This document shows, in pieces, positions 40,956 through 53,264 of a stretch of 64,000 nucleotides of DNA (within the stretch, counting starts at the first letter, position 1; the number at the start of each line of letters is the position of its first letter). A program made the position numbers and the translations under genes. This DNA comes from Lingula anatina (Eukaryota > Animalia > Brachiopoda): the NCBI GenBank assembly GCA_051362555.1, contig CM120643.1, positions 248,001-312,000 on the forward strand, read 5' to 3'. A model generated the notes under the pieces. That model was given only the letters and a program-made list of their open reading frames with translations, was not told the origin of the DNA and did not search any database.

Positions 40956-41671
40956 TACATGTACCTCCAGAGAGTGCATTCATTGGAATATACTCGTCAA
41001 CCGAATTCCAGTAAATTTGTATTTTGATTTTGAAAAAATGTACGTTCTAAATTATATAACTATTAAAACTGAGAGTATAATAATTTCAAAAATTACATCA
41101 ATAAATTACCAAATTGGCAAAATATTACAGGGATTTGTATTTTATTTCAAATTTATTGGCTATTGTACACCCATGTGTAGCTAAATGAAAAATACTTTTT
41201 GAAAGCCATATACAGCTGCATTTTACATTTAATGGAAAATGTTGCATAGTACTATATGACTCAGTGTAATAAAATAAATAATAATTGTTAATTGTGAAAA
41301 GCATTTTTAACCCATCAAGTTTGCATCGTAATTACATGTATATTCTAAAGTGACTTTGATTTATTATTAGCGCTCGGTCATGCCTGATAAGTCTAAATTT
41401 TGAAGAATTTCACGTTCTGAATTATTAGCATTATCATCCATTTTGTATTATTCACTAGCTCTGGAAAATAAACAGATACATGTATATTGCCACACGGCCT
41501 AGAATAATCGGAGATTGTACTGAATTGCAAGTGGGCGTGCCGGCGAATAGTTTTGGCACAACTTGAACTTCGACAAGAGCAAAATGTCAAAAAGGTCATT
41601 AATATCAACATATGAAACCTGTGCTTGAGTAGGTGATACATTTCATTTTAACCGCTTTCTTCATTCTACAG

Positions 41672-41713
41672 CCGCTCCCCCTGGTGGCAGTGTCTCACCT
41701 GACAGAATTGCAG
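41672..41713 (+). CDS. 42-nt mini-exon within the Roc insert
   Basis: ctacag|CC GCT CCC CCT GGT..GCA G|gtgagt, phase 1-1. Confidence 0.65.
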
Positions 41714-42094
41714 GTGAGTAACAATCATGATTTGTGTCGCCGACATTGAACTATCAAAACCCCTTATTATTTATCACATAGCACAAAGGGTGTTGTATTA
41801 TGTCCATCTCTTGAAAGTCAAACACCATTTCTTTGGGTTTGTCTGCATTTATTGTTAATTTGTTAATACATGTAGTAGAACAGTGAGTGAGAATTGATGT
41901 TGCCGATGGTCTTTTATTTTTAGGTTTATTTCTGTGTATTCTGAAAGAGTAAGACACAAGGGGAACATTTCGTAAAAAGAGACAATGTCATGTGTATGTC
42001 CAGGCACGCATTGGCAAATAGATAACTTGAACGTACATCATTAATTATATTGTTAACGATACTTTTGGAACTAATCTGCTTGTATTCCTCGTAG

Positions 42095-42334
42095 AGGAAA
42101 TTTACAGCAAGAATATCGACCGGCGACTTCTGGATAAAATAGAGTCGCTTGCTCAAGGTGAACCTGTCCATCCCGAGAAACAGATCACAATTTGGGATTT
42201 TGCCGGTCAAGACGTCTATTACACCACGCACCAGACGTTCCTCTCAGAGCAGAACATCTACTTGTTGGTGTTTCGGCTTGACGTAGACCTCGATGCCAAA
42301 ATCCGTGTATACAGAAGAGAGAAGACGGTGAAAG
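42095..42334 (+). CDS. Roc exon with G3 motif
   Basis: QITIWDFAGQDVYYTTHQTFLSEQNIYLLVF, the diagnostic Roc signature. Missing from the ORF track. Confidence 0.93.
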
Positions 42335-42403
42335 GTATGATGGGGTTTACATTTATATCTGAGTAGGTTGTTGTGAGGTCCCCTGTTAAATTGAGGTCTG
42401 TAA

Positions 42404-42621
42404 AGCCTCCTTTACACTGCACGACGTTCTTTCTGCGTCCTTTGTGCGAGCATAAAACTGGCATCGGTATGGCCGTAGAAAGGAGGTAAAAACATCCCTT
42501 GGGATGTAGAATGAATGCTCAATGACCTGTCAGTTGTCGGCATGTAAAGAATTATTTTTAATTCTCAAACAAGGCCTTGCTACGAGGCGCAGGGAGGACG
42601 CCATCCAGTGTAAGGGGGGCA
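42404..42621. mobile_element. PIF/Harbinger-type MITE
   Basis: TIR gcctcctttacactg ... cagtgtaaggggggc with TAA flanks; relatives at 50299-51360 and ~52960-53157. Confidence 0.75.
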
Positions 42622-42741
42622 TAAGCAATTTATGCCGTGTCTTACTTTGAGTAAACAAAAGTGACCATGTTGGATTTTTTTGGTTAAATACATTGTGATA
42701 AAGAGGCATCTTTAACCGAACGCTTCCTATTCGTGTTTCAG

Positions 42742-42866
42742 AGTTTATAGTGTATTGGTTGAACTCTATCCATATGCACACAGTTGGAAAATTGAAGGAA
42801 GAACACAAGAATGTCAGCCCGTACGTTTTGCTTATTGGGACTCATAAGGACAAATTGCCTTCACAG
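42742..42866 (+). CDS. Roc exon with G4 motif
   Basis: EFIVYWLNSIHMH..PYVLLIGTHKD (Roc GTHxD). Confidence 0.9.
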
Positions 42867-43696
42867 GTGATTATTAATTTTCTTAATTCATCTAATAATT
42901 CTTTTATCTCTTAGTTACCCCTTTACCCCTCTCCGATTTTAAAACCCCATGCACAAGCTATCCCCCATCTCTTAAATAGATATGATTCTGAATAGTGTTG
43001 TTAAGGAAAATGTATTCTGTTTTGCAATAGCCACTTAAAAGATATTCGAAGCGTTTTCCAAAAACTCCTTATTTACAGCCTTACATACATTATTTTGTTT
43101 AACAGATGAATCTTCAGTGTTTAGTGATTAAGTTAATTAACATTTACACACATGCGATTTTGGGGTGAAAATGACAAAAAACGGTTTCACTCTGTTTTTA
43201 TTTACCTGAGCACCCACGAACACCGTTTCAACGCATTAACCCTGGCAGCAATTTTTTCTTTGTTAATATTTAATAATTGAAAAAGCATATAATGCCTTTG
43301 GTTAATGAAAATGTTCATAATCCATACAAAATATCCAAACCAAAATGGCGACTTCGGATTGAAGCCCATCGACTTGAAACTACGCCAATGAAAAAATCTC
43401 GTTTAAAGATGATGTTAGGCCCAATAACGATTGCTATCTCACCTCAAAATAAATTGACGGAAAAGGATTTGACTGACCTATGCTTATACATAACAATGAG
43501 AAATATAAACGCTGTTATTATATATATCTCAAGGGAATTATTATTTTTTAATCAGCTCAGAGGTAGATTCAATACTGAATAATAAGATGAAGGAAAACTC
43601 ATTTCTGTTATAAACCCTTACTGTAACAATAACTTTGGCATTTTAAAACATTTTGAAATTGAAGACTAATTTCCACCCACACCGTATTATTTATAG

Positions 43697-44853
43697 GAAG
43701 CTGCTGAGGAGATAATTGGAAATCTCAGGGACTATCTCGACGACAAGCATGAACTAAAAAAACACATTTACCTTTCCTTTGCCATAAGTAACTTGGCAAA
43801 AAATGAAGAGTTTAGTAAAATAAAAGAAACGATCGAGCATCTTTGTAGTCTTAGCAGTGACAATCAAATGCACCCAGTGAGATGGTTCCAACTGGAAATG
43901 GATTTGGCAAAGAAGAGTGAGCAAAAGCCAATCATAGATATAAAAGAGCTGCGTGAAATAGCGCGCTCAGTGGGGATCCTTGAGGCCGAGTTACATGAAA
44001 TGTTCATTCCTTACCATCACCGTCTGGGAGACGTCCTACACTTCAAAGTTGATGGACTGGAAAATGTCGTCATACTGGATCCACAGTGGTTGGCAGATCT
44101 TTTTTCTAAAATCATGACCCCGCCCGTCAGTAAAAGTGGAGAGGATCGCCTGGATTTTCTGAAACTAGGTCTGGAAAAAGGAGAACTAGACGAGGAGGTG
44201 TTTGATGTGTATTTGCAGGAGAAAAAGATGACCAAAGACAGAAGTAATTCAACTGATGGAGCATTTCGACCTGATATTTGACATATCTGAATCAGTTGAA
44301 TCCCCAAGGATGCCACCCTCACAGCCTGGAAGGAGAACATTCGTCGTGCCTTGTATGCTGAAATACAATGACCTGGCGGATTATAAGCTTTCTGAGATTG
44401 CTCTAAAAACATCTTTATTCATCTCATTCCCTCACGGTTTCTTTCCTCCGGGGCTGTTCCATCGTTTGATCATCCGTCTATTTAGGAAGTATAAACCTTA
44501 CCATTGTGTAAATGGCATCCCAGATGTTAGTTTTGACCACGCCTCCTTCCGTCTGGAAGACAAAACATCTGTGCTTCATCTCTTCACTGCAGAAAAGGAC
44601 ATTGAACTAGTGATAGATAACGCTGAGCGTAACATATACTTCAACGCACGACAAACAGTGGAAGACGAGTTGTCCTATCTTCAAGAGACATACTGTCCCA
44701 GAATGCATTTTGGCTACTTTATCAGGGTAAACGATAAGAGACGCAAAATTCCGATAGAAGCAGAGACCGTTCTAAAAACAGATGCCATCCGTGTATGCGT
44801 AGAGAAATCTGACGAAGAGATTGAGCTGAAACCATATCGTGTTTGGTTTACAA
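43697..44853 (+). CDS. Roc C-terminus plus COR domain exon, frameshifted at ~44232-44255
   Basis: FAISN..HPVRWFQLE..YHHRLGDVLHF..VVILDPQWLADLF in one frame; LMEHFDLI..FVVPCML..FPPGLFHRLI in the +1 frame. Confidence 0.9.
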
Positions 44854-44990
44854 GTAAGTGATGCAGAAAAAAAACAAGTTGCGCTGTTGTAAATAGACAA
44901 TGTATTGGAATCTTAACATGTGCTATAATGTGTCCCAAAATTTTCCAAAAAAATAATAACAATAATAAATTTGCATTTAAATCATTTCAG

Positions 44991-45032
44991 CGGTTGAGAA
45001 AAAACCACGTAGTCCTCAAAGTCTGGAGGCAG
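44991..45032 (+). CDS. Linker mini-exon after COR
   Basis: atttcag|CG GTT GAG..GCA G|gtaagg, phase 1-1, no stop codon. Confidence 0.7.
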
Positions 45033-45350
45033 GTAAGGTTGCTGCACGTTTATGTACCGAACATGAATGCTGCCATTGGCAACAACAAATAGGGGTTTTG
45101 ATAGTTCAATGCCGGTGACACAAATCATGATTGATCGCTATTTCTGACGCCAAACTATAGGTTGTGAGGGAGTCGGCTGGCATCTTGATCTCCAGGGGCA
45201 CGACACGAGCAAGATACCTTATATCTGATTCAATTTGGGACAGTGGTCAAAGTATTTTGACCTTTTTTTTTTCAATTAGAATACACACCCACGAAGTTTT
45301 CTTTAGAAATGTATAAAATATTGATTTTTAAGCCCCACAACTAAGACTTA

Positions 45351-45565
45351 GGCTCTATTCCCATAGATTTTAGATCGATCTATCCCCGCGGGGAGTCTCA
45401 CTAGATTACTTTCAGATAATCCGACTTAAATGTCCGTCCCGTCTACTACAAGCTGTAAGGAGGTAATTAACTTTCGTGTCCGCCGGGCTGACAGCTATTT
45501 AGCGTGAACCCCCAGGGAGTTAGGTCGATCTAAAGTAGGTCGATCTAATCTATGGAAATGGGGTG
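45351..45565. mobile_element. PIF/Harbinger-like MITE
   Basis: Imperfect TIRs (ctattcccatagat..gatcgatct / ggtcgatctaatctatggaaatgg) with TTA flanks; related copies near 11655 and 54060. Confidence 0.65.
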
Positions 45566-46348
45566 TTAGTGTCAAATGTATTTTATAAGACGTGCCCTAT
45601 GGTCGCATTCAGAACAGAGGACCCGTGGACTAACTGGGCTGGTCAAATATGGTCGATTCACGAAAGCAATACCGCTAAAACCCTAATGGTCTACCCGCCG
45701 ACCACAAGCGCCAGCCCTGCAGGGGCCTAGCTATTAAACCGCGTCGCCGAGATATAATCAGTGTAATAGATAGTCTCCTGCAAGCCTGGCGTTAATTTTG
45801 ACAAACATGACAAAATACGCTATATTACACAGTAGTGGGCCTGGTTTCTTTGACACTACGGTGCATTCTGTTATACTTTTGTAACAGTAAATTCTTGAAA
45901 GTTCTTCTCTTTATAGTCCCTTAACTGTTTTCAAAATTCGTGATCATGTACAAAACGGTTTGAGAATGTGGGTCACCTCTAAGCTATGTTCTACTGCATG
46001 GCGTAAACGTAAAAATTACTAGTCGCGAGCATCTCAATATAAATCACCAAAAGTATGCCAACTTTCGTCTAGGTCTCACACTGTGTACATGTTTCCTTTA
46101 CTGAACCCCGAATTTAACAAGGGACTGCGCATGCGCATGGGGGCACTATGGGAACTGGTGCATTCTGCCGGGGACCATCGGGGGGGGGGGGGGCACCAAA
46201 TATGTCCAGACCATATTAGCAGGACAAAATACGGGGCCCCATAGCTAGTGCCCCCGATGACCCCTGATTTTGACCAAGGTTGGTAGCCAGTGAGCCGATG
46301 CTCCCGCAAATATTTTTAACCATATTTTGCTATGAAATCGATATTTAA

Positions 46349-49311
46349 CAGTCATATGGCAACTGGCTGCGCGTAGGAAGATATTCAGAACGGAGCGCGT
46401 GCGCTGAGATGACGTCGCGGTTGAAATTTTGTAAATTTCGCAACCAGCGCGGAAATTAAAGAATTGGACTTTATTACCTCTGTAGGTGCTTATGAAAAGT
46501 TAAGGCATGGTAGCAGAGTTTATCACGCGTCTGTAAGTGTGAGATTTACCCAGAATCAAAGTGAAATGAAGGAAATATAACGCGACAAAGTCGGCCAACA
46601 TGCCGATTATTATCCATAGCAACACCGTAACATTTTGAGATATCTCCTATCACAGAGAGTGTGCACCTTATTCCAGTCGATAGAAAATGACTTTTAATAC
46701 ACAAAATAAACCTACCAAGTTTCATCAGAATTTATTCTGGCAACTTTTTTTGCCAGCTGTCGAAGTGCGTTTTTGACCCTATTCCGCTAGATGTCAGCCA
46801 TATTCTGACGTCATTTTTTCCAATACAGAAGCAAGTGAAGGTCTGCTGACTTTTTCAAATATCGAAAATCAAAGTACTTATCTTTTATTTCAGTAACAAA
46901 ACTATATTTCCAATAATTATAATAAAAAATCAATGTGTTAAAATAACTTTTACCTTCTCGGATGTCTTAATTCAAAATGACGATTTTTATCATTATCGCA
47001 CCTGCAGTTCTGCGCTGTCGATGAGAGTTCTTCACCAAATTTGTCGTCATACAGCAGTCTGCACAATTTTGAATGAAAAATCGACTTAGCATCAGAGTAT
47101 CCAGTTTGTTCACCATTACGCACTAGGTCTCAAACTCTGTTGTTTATTTCCATTATCAAATTTCAGCAAACAAAACGACTTCAGAATTTAGCACTGCACG
47201 CGTCTTTGACACATTTCCACTTGGTGTAGGGGAGTTCAGTTTGTAGCAGACACTTGGCATGACTTTTAATGGGAAAGGAACACTTAAAGTTGCATGAAAA
47301 GTAAACGATGTAAATCTTGATATTTTTTTGCAAATACTCAATAGATTTAAAATCGTATTTGAAATTATTTATACAAAAATCTCAGTACATGTTACTGAGC
47401 TGTCCCCCTCAATTCTTTCTTCTACAAAAATGGACTGAGCCGCACACATTTGGAATGTGGCACTGGTATCTTTTTTGATACAATTTGGATACTTTTTGGA
47501 GATTTGCACATGGGTCAACCAAGTACGCTTTCCAAATTTACAAATTTTTCACTGCATGGAATGAACAGTACATGTGCACGTTCTGGCAATGACACTTTAT
47601 TTGTATCAGGACACATATATAACTCAAACATATTTCCATTGTAAAAGTGTGTCGTGAGACTCGTGATCGTAGAATCCACTTATATTATTTTTCTAACAAT
47701 TCCATATTTTTAAGCTTGTATATTTTTTAATTTACTACATGTATTTGGTGTTGGTCAAAGGAGAAACTATAAAGGGCAAAGATACACTTACAATCTTAAA
47801 TTGGCGAGTTACACTCATGATAAAAACTATCAAACATTGAATGTAAAGTTCAATTTCAGTTAAACAAAACTCAGAAATGCATAAATCGCTTTCAGGCTTC
47901 TATTTGTATACATATATGTGTAACAAAAAAGTATCACTAATTTCATTGTGGTTTGATCATTTTTGAGAAGCTTGCGGTACAGTTAAAATAAGAAAACTGC
48001 ACATGTTTTCTCTCATCCAATCTGCCATGAACAGGTTAAGTATGCCAGAAAACATATTGGCACATACATGTACAGGCAGAAAAGCTCTTCATCTGTGAAT
48101 TCTGAAATAATGAGAAATAAAGAAGCTGACAATAATTGTAATGAAAAAAATAACAATAAATAAAAAGCTAACAGAGCAATTTTAGAATACGCTCAGGTAC
48201 GTAGAGTGGTACGGATTACATATCATACCCGTACATGGTAAACCCATATGGCATTCAATGAAAGTTAAACTAAACAACATGAATTGCGTTTTACTTTAGA
48301 AGGTCTGCTTTACAAACGTAATCACTAACCAGAATTACCTTTGTTAAATGTCTGTCATCCTTTTCAGTTCTAGAGTTCAGCTACAACCCGCAACAGATCC
48401 ACATTTATCCGCCTCTCTCACTTCTTTACACGTGTTCACTCCAATTTGTTTACGCAAACTCTTAATACATATGTAGGTCAACATATAATCTCCTGCATAA
48501 ATATTATTAGATTACGTAAATTCAAACCCTTTTCCTACGGTAAGGCCCTTCAAAAATGATAAATTCTCATTAATAAAATCATTCAAATGTGGCCCAATAT
48601 TCCAAATGCATATCCACAAGCACATGTTTGCCTTTTGCGTATCACGTATCAAGAATAGGTGAAGGTCGTTCATAAAAATACTCACTGAAACTAGTTCAAA
48701 CTAGATTTGTGCGATTCAGCATCGATTTCAGGTTAGTTTCAATTAAATGTGAATAAAATATGTAATCTTTAACGGTTTTTAGATAGAAAAATTTTATAGT
48801 TTGGCAGAGGTATCGAGAAGCGCCATTTTTTTCCAGATTTTTAGTTGAATGTTGGATTAGGGAACCGTGTGACCATACTAGAGAGTGTGCAAACTATTCC
48901 CTTCAAAATTTTAAACTTTGGATGATATTTTAACTTATATCTAAAAATGAAAAAAATTCAGGCTGGCAACTTTTTTTCTCGCAATATAGTCCCACCCCCT
49001 ACGAGAGTCATTTTTGGGTCGATTTTTTTTCAGAAATTCAATATCGTGAACTAATTTCATTTAAATTTGTGGATATTTCAGTAATCCTTTGAAATCATGA
49101 GTAAGAGCATGAACTTTTCTTATTATCTTTACAAAATCACAACTCAAAACGCCCTGGTTTGTTTTTAAAAGGATTTTATTTGCAAGGTACGGTTTTTCAC
49201 GTCAGCCATCGCAGATGTCCAGAAACGGCGCTACTTCGTGACGCGGACTCACTGAAAAGTTTCAAATAACCGCCATGACGTTACGTTTTTCAGCCAGTTG
49301 CCATATGACTG
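46349..49311. mobile_element. ~3-kb non-autonomous DNA transposon with TTAA target duplication
   Basis: Perfect 21-bp TIR cagtcatatggcaactggctg at both ends, TTAA at 46345-46348 and 49312-49315; no transposase ORF. Confidence 0.88.
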
Positions 49312-49355
49312 TTAAGTCATTTATAAGACATGTGGGAGACACTTTGCACTTTTAG

Positions 49356-49435
49356 GTACAAACAGGGAGGAGAAAGTTAAGGTCTGGCCTTGTACAGTTG
49401 AACTCTTTGAGAAGAAGGCGTATGACGCTAAACGG
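49356..49435 (+). CDS. Caspase N-terminal exon bridging phase 1 to phase 0
   Basis: tttag|GT ACA AAC..VKVWPCTVELFEKKAYDAKR|gtttg, similar to caspase-2 VKPCTPEFY. Confidence 0.7.
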
Positions 49436-49638
49436 GTTTGTTGCTACACTTCATTATAGATTTTATTTTTGATTTATAATGGTATTTAATATGCTATATT
49501 ATATTCAACCTTTATAAAAGATGTACTATTAGAATACTTGCAATTTTATAACAACATCCTCAAAATGTTTCACACCTTATCTCGTTGATACACCAGTAAA
49601 ACCTTATAACTGCAGTTAATTTTTTGGGCAATTAACAG

Positions 49639-49812
49639 GTCTACAAAAACTACACAGAGTGGAGGGGGAGAGCTGTGATCATCAACAATGTCAGCTTTGA
49701 CAATGAATTTTCCCTTGATAGAAAGGGCACAGAGGTGGATGTTGAGTATTTGAAAAGTTTATTTCGGCAGTTACATTACCTGGTGTTGAAGCATGACAAC
49801 CTGACAGCTGAG
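49639..49812 (+). CDS. Caspase large-subunit exon
   Basis: VYKNYTEWRGRAVIINNVSF..DRKGTEVDVEYLKSLFRQLHYLVLKHDNLTAE. Confidence 0.92.
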
Positions 49813-50073
49813 GTACGTTGATCTCTTAAACTGTCAGTTATCCTGCCGCATGTTTATATTGTATATACTAACTTTTGAATGAATACATATATAGATGTGC
49901 ATCTCACATGCAGAAGTGTATAAAAAATAAAACTGAATGAATTCAAAGTTTTTTTTTCAATTTTTAAAAACATATATGTGTATAGAACAAAAATCCACGA
50001 GTGTCTCAATTAAATTTATTTTTTCAATTTTACCACGTCTTTATGTTATGACGTTGTTGTTACCCAGTATCGT

Positions 50074-50078
<5 letters not shown>

Positions 50079-50137
<59 letters not shown>
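50079..50137. repeat. (TA)n microsatellite
   Basis: Directly visible. Confidence 0.95.
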
Positions 50138-50139
<2 letters not shown>

Positions 50140-50298
50140 GAAATGCCAACCATCTTGGATTTTCTAAAAACGCTGAATTTAGTTTGTCAATTTGGGAAAG
50201 CACTGTACAAAAAAAATCTGTTGCAATTACTTTCCAGCTTGGCCTCAAAATGGTTTAGATTGCTAAGACTATGTATTTAACCATAAGGTGATGACTAA

Positions 50299-51360
50299 TA
50301 CCCCCTTTACACTGGACGGCGTCCTTTCTGCGACCATGAAATTTGGCATCGCTGTGGTCTTAATAAGGAGGCACGAGCATTGATTTGGTATCAGAATGAA
50401 TGCTCAATGATCGGCCAGTTGTTGGCACGTAAAGTATTCTGAACAAAAATATAAACGCACGAAACTAAAATTGTCAGTTGAAATGGATAATCATGAAGTA
50501 TGCCCAGGTTGATGGTTTATTTGTGAACTGATGGATTTGTTTTGATCAATTATAGTGGTCTGGTTTCACTTGGCCGCTCCCCGTGAGTATACTCAAAGGT
50601 TCAGTTTTTACACCCATAAGACTAATGGAGCATGACGGAGTAGAGGTCAATCTGCAAGACCAATACTCTCTACCGTCTAGGCAATAAAAGGGCACACAGA
50701 AATGTGTATTTCTGCCACTTGTCAACATGCCACAGATGTCTGGAACCATGAGGGAGCATGCCACCAGCATGCTCAATGCTGGCTTGTCAGTAACAGAAGT
50801 TGCAGCATGCCTGAATGTGCATCATTCCACTGTCAGCCGTATGGGAACACGCTTCAGAGACACTGATAGCATTAGGAACCACCCTCATGCACCATGTCGC
50901 CCAACAAACACCTGTGGAATGTTCTGGATCAGAGTTTTCAGCCATCATGTTCCAGCTCTCGAAAATGTTCGCCAACTGCAAGAAGCACTCCAGGAGGAAT
51001 GGGATAATATCCCTTAGGCCTCTATTGACAACTTAGTGATGTCCATGCGCCGCTGGTGTACTGCTCTGCACAAATTTAATGGTGTCTGTGAACTCAGGAT
51101 GTTGACCCCCATGGTGTATTTGCTGCCCTAACTCTTGGACTATGCATTTAAACTTCCCCTAATTCTCTCAAAGTGATGTCTATTTGTCGAGAAAAATATG
51201 CTGTTATTTTTGGCTATGCACTCTAGTTCCATATATGAAACTAAATCTACATATTCTTTCGTGCGTTTATATTTTTGTTCAGTATATTATAATTCTTTAA
51301 CTCTCAAATTAGGCCGAACTGCTGGACGCAGAAGGGACGCCGTCCAGTGTAAAGGGGGCT
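50299..51360. mobile_element. Harbinger-type MITE interrupted by a nested Tc1 element
   Basis: TIR ccccctttacactggacggcgtcc ... ggacgccgtccagtgtaaagggggc; removing 50435-51284 restores similarity to 42404-42621. Confidence 0.8.
50435..51284 (+). mobile_element. Internally deleted Tc1 element
   Basis: TIR ctgaacaaaaatataaacgcacgaaa / tttcgtgcgtttatatttttgttcag. ORF 50727-51017 has the HTH (GLSVTEVAACLNVHHSTVSR) fused to the C-terminus (LQEALQEEWDNIP). Confidence 0.88.
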
Positions 51361-51493
51361 TTACTCCCCATCAACACACTTGACCTCACTGATAATGTCA
51401 TATGAAGCGATGTGTCAGTTCATGATACAATAAAACAAAATGGTTTAATAAAACATAAATGATCAAATGTAGATATTCAATTATGTTATTTAG

Positions 51494-51710
51494 GCTATTG
51501 ACCAACTAGCCACACGTGAGGCAAGAACTGATCACAGTGCTTACTCTTCCTTCATCATGGTGATCCTGAGTCATGGTGGAGAGAACACGGTGATAGGCAC
51601 TGACGGTTATCACATAGGATATGACCAAATTCTGGCACACTTTGAGGCTTCCAGGTGCCCGACACTGAACGGCAAACCCAAGATGTTCTTCATATCTGCG
51701 TGTTAGGGCA
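51494..51710 (+). CDS. Caspase catalytic exon containing an in-frame TAG
   Basis: SSFIMVILSHG (His 51572) ..CPTLNGKPKMFFISAC*G (Cys 51701, TAG 51704-51706). Confidence 0.93.
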
Positions 51711-52079
51711 GTAAGTACTATACATCTTGGTTGATGCATTATTGTGTTCTTCACCTCATGTCAGACAATAATGAATCTGGTGTGTGAAATATGAGATGAG
51801 GTTTTCTATTGATTGTTTCTTTTGTGCTTTTGAGTTTAAACGTATTGTAATTGTTATAATGGTTGATATAGTAAAACGTTGTATCCTATCTTTTATACAG
51901 CTGGGGAGGTTAGCTTTTTTTATTCTTTATCATATAAATATGAAATGGAGCTTTATTAAACAATCAAACTATTGCTCGTTTCAGTAAATATTTTTTTCTT
52001 TTTTACACATTATAAAATGAAATGTTTTTGTGAGTTTTGGGAATTACTTCATTACCTCATTGTCTTGCTTTTTTCTAAG

Positions 52080-52184
52080 TACAAAAGGCTCCGTTGTTTA
52101 ATACGGAACAAGCGCCACCGAGACCGCAAGATAGAGAAACTCCAGAGAAAGCCGATATGATATTAGTAACTTCAACAACCAGAG
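52080..52184 (+). CDS. Caspase linker / small-subunit start exon
   Basis: ..PEKADMILVTSTTRG, matching the caspase P..AD....ST..G motif. Confidence 0.8.
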
Positions 52185-52242
52185 GTAAGATTGAGGAGTG
52201 TTCTTGTTTTTAGTGACTTTTTGTTCTATGGAAACCTCAGTT

Positions 52243-52313
<71 letters not shown>

Positions 52314-52462
52314 CAAATTGTAAGGACGTGTAATGTGAGTATCATTAGATGCCGTCTGCAAAATCTTTGTCCTGTTAGAGTCTTCCTGGCTGCATTTTGA
52401 CCAAAGTGACCATTGTTTGACACCGGGCACCAAAACTAAGTTTTGCTGAATTGACCTTTCAG

Positions 52463-52572
52463 GTGACAAGTCTTGGCGATCTACTGAACGTGGTACGTTT
52501 TTCATTCAGTGTCTGGTGAAAGAGCTCTCGGAAAGAGCATGTGACACCCAACTACTTGATATATTGACACAG
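52463..52572 (+). CDS. Caspase small-subunit exon
   Basis: DKSWRSTERGTFFIQCLVKELSERACDTQLLDILTQ. Confidence 0.92.
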
Positions 52573-53264
52573 GTAATCACGTATTACAGCAGTTCTCTTT
52601 GAAAATCCAAGAAATTAATAGAGAAAAGGGAAAACAAAAATAAAGACAAGGGGTTAATGTTGTCCCCATCAACTATCACACCCGGTAGCTAGGTGTGGCA
52701 GGAACGGTAGACCGCTTGCATCCGTAGTCCCCATTATTTTGTACAGGTGATATTCGTTTCATGAGATAGATGGTTCTTATGGGATGCGCCTAGCTTTTAG
52801 TGCCAGTTAAAAATATCAGAAGGGACTTTTTATACGTTTTAAATGCATGTCCTTCTGCGGCCTCACGAAAGCCGAATAGGTAAATGCACTGATGTGATCA
52901 ACGGAGTATATCTCCCTTTGCATTGGGCGACGTCCTTGCTGCGTCTTTTGCACGACCATGGAATTAGCATCGCTCTGGTTGTAGAAAGATAGCACACGCA
53001 TCGATTCGGTTGCAACATTAATGCTCAATGATCGGCCAGTTGTCGGCACGTAAAGTTTTTTTTTTTTTTATCTCAAACGGGGGCGTATTATGGAACACAG
53101 AAAGAACGCTGCCCAGTGTAAATAATATCCCAATTAACCCCCCTTTACACTGGACGATTATATATGAAATAATTATGAAAAGTAGCAAAATATAAATAAG
53201 AATAACACATTTCGAAGAAAGTGGTTGATGTTGCTATGTCAACTGGTTATTGTTTATCAACAAG

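Noticed and set aside
51704-51706. Selenocysteine or programmed readthrough in the caspase
   Set aside because: The codon is TAG, not TGA, it follows rather than replaces the Cys, and an independent upstream frameshift favours simple pseudogenisation.
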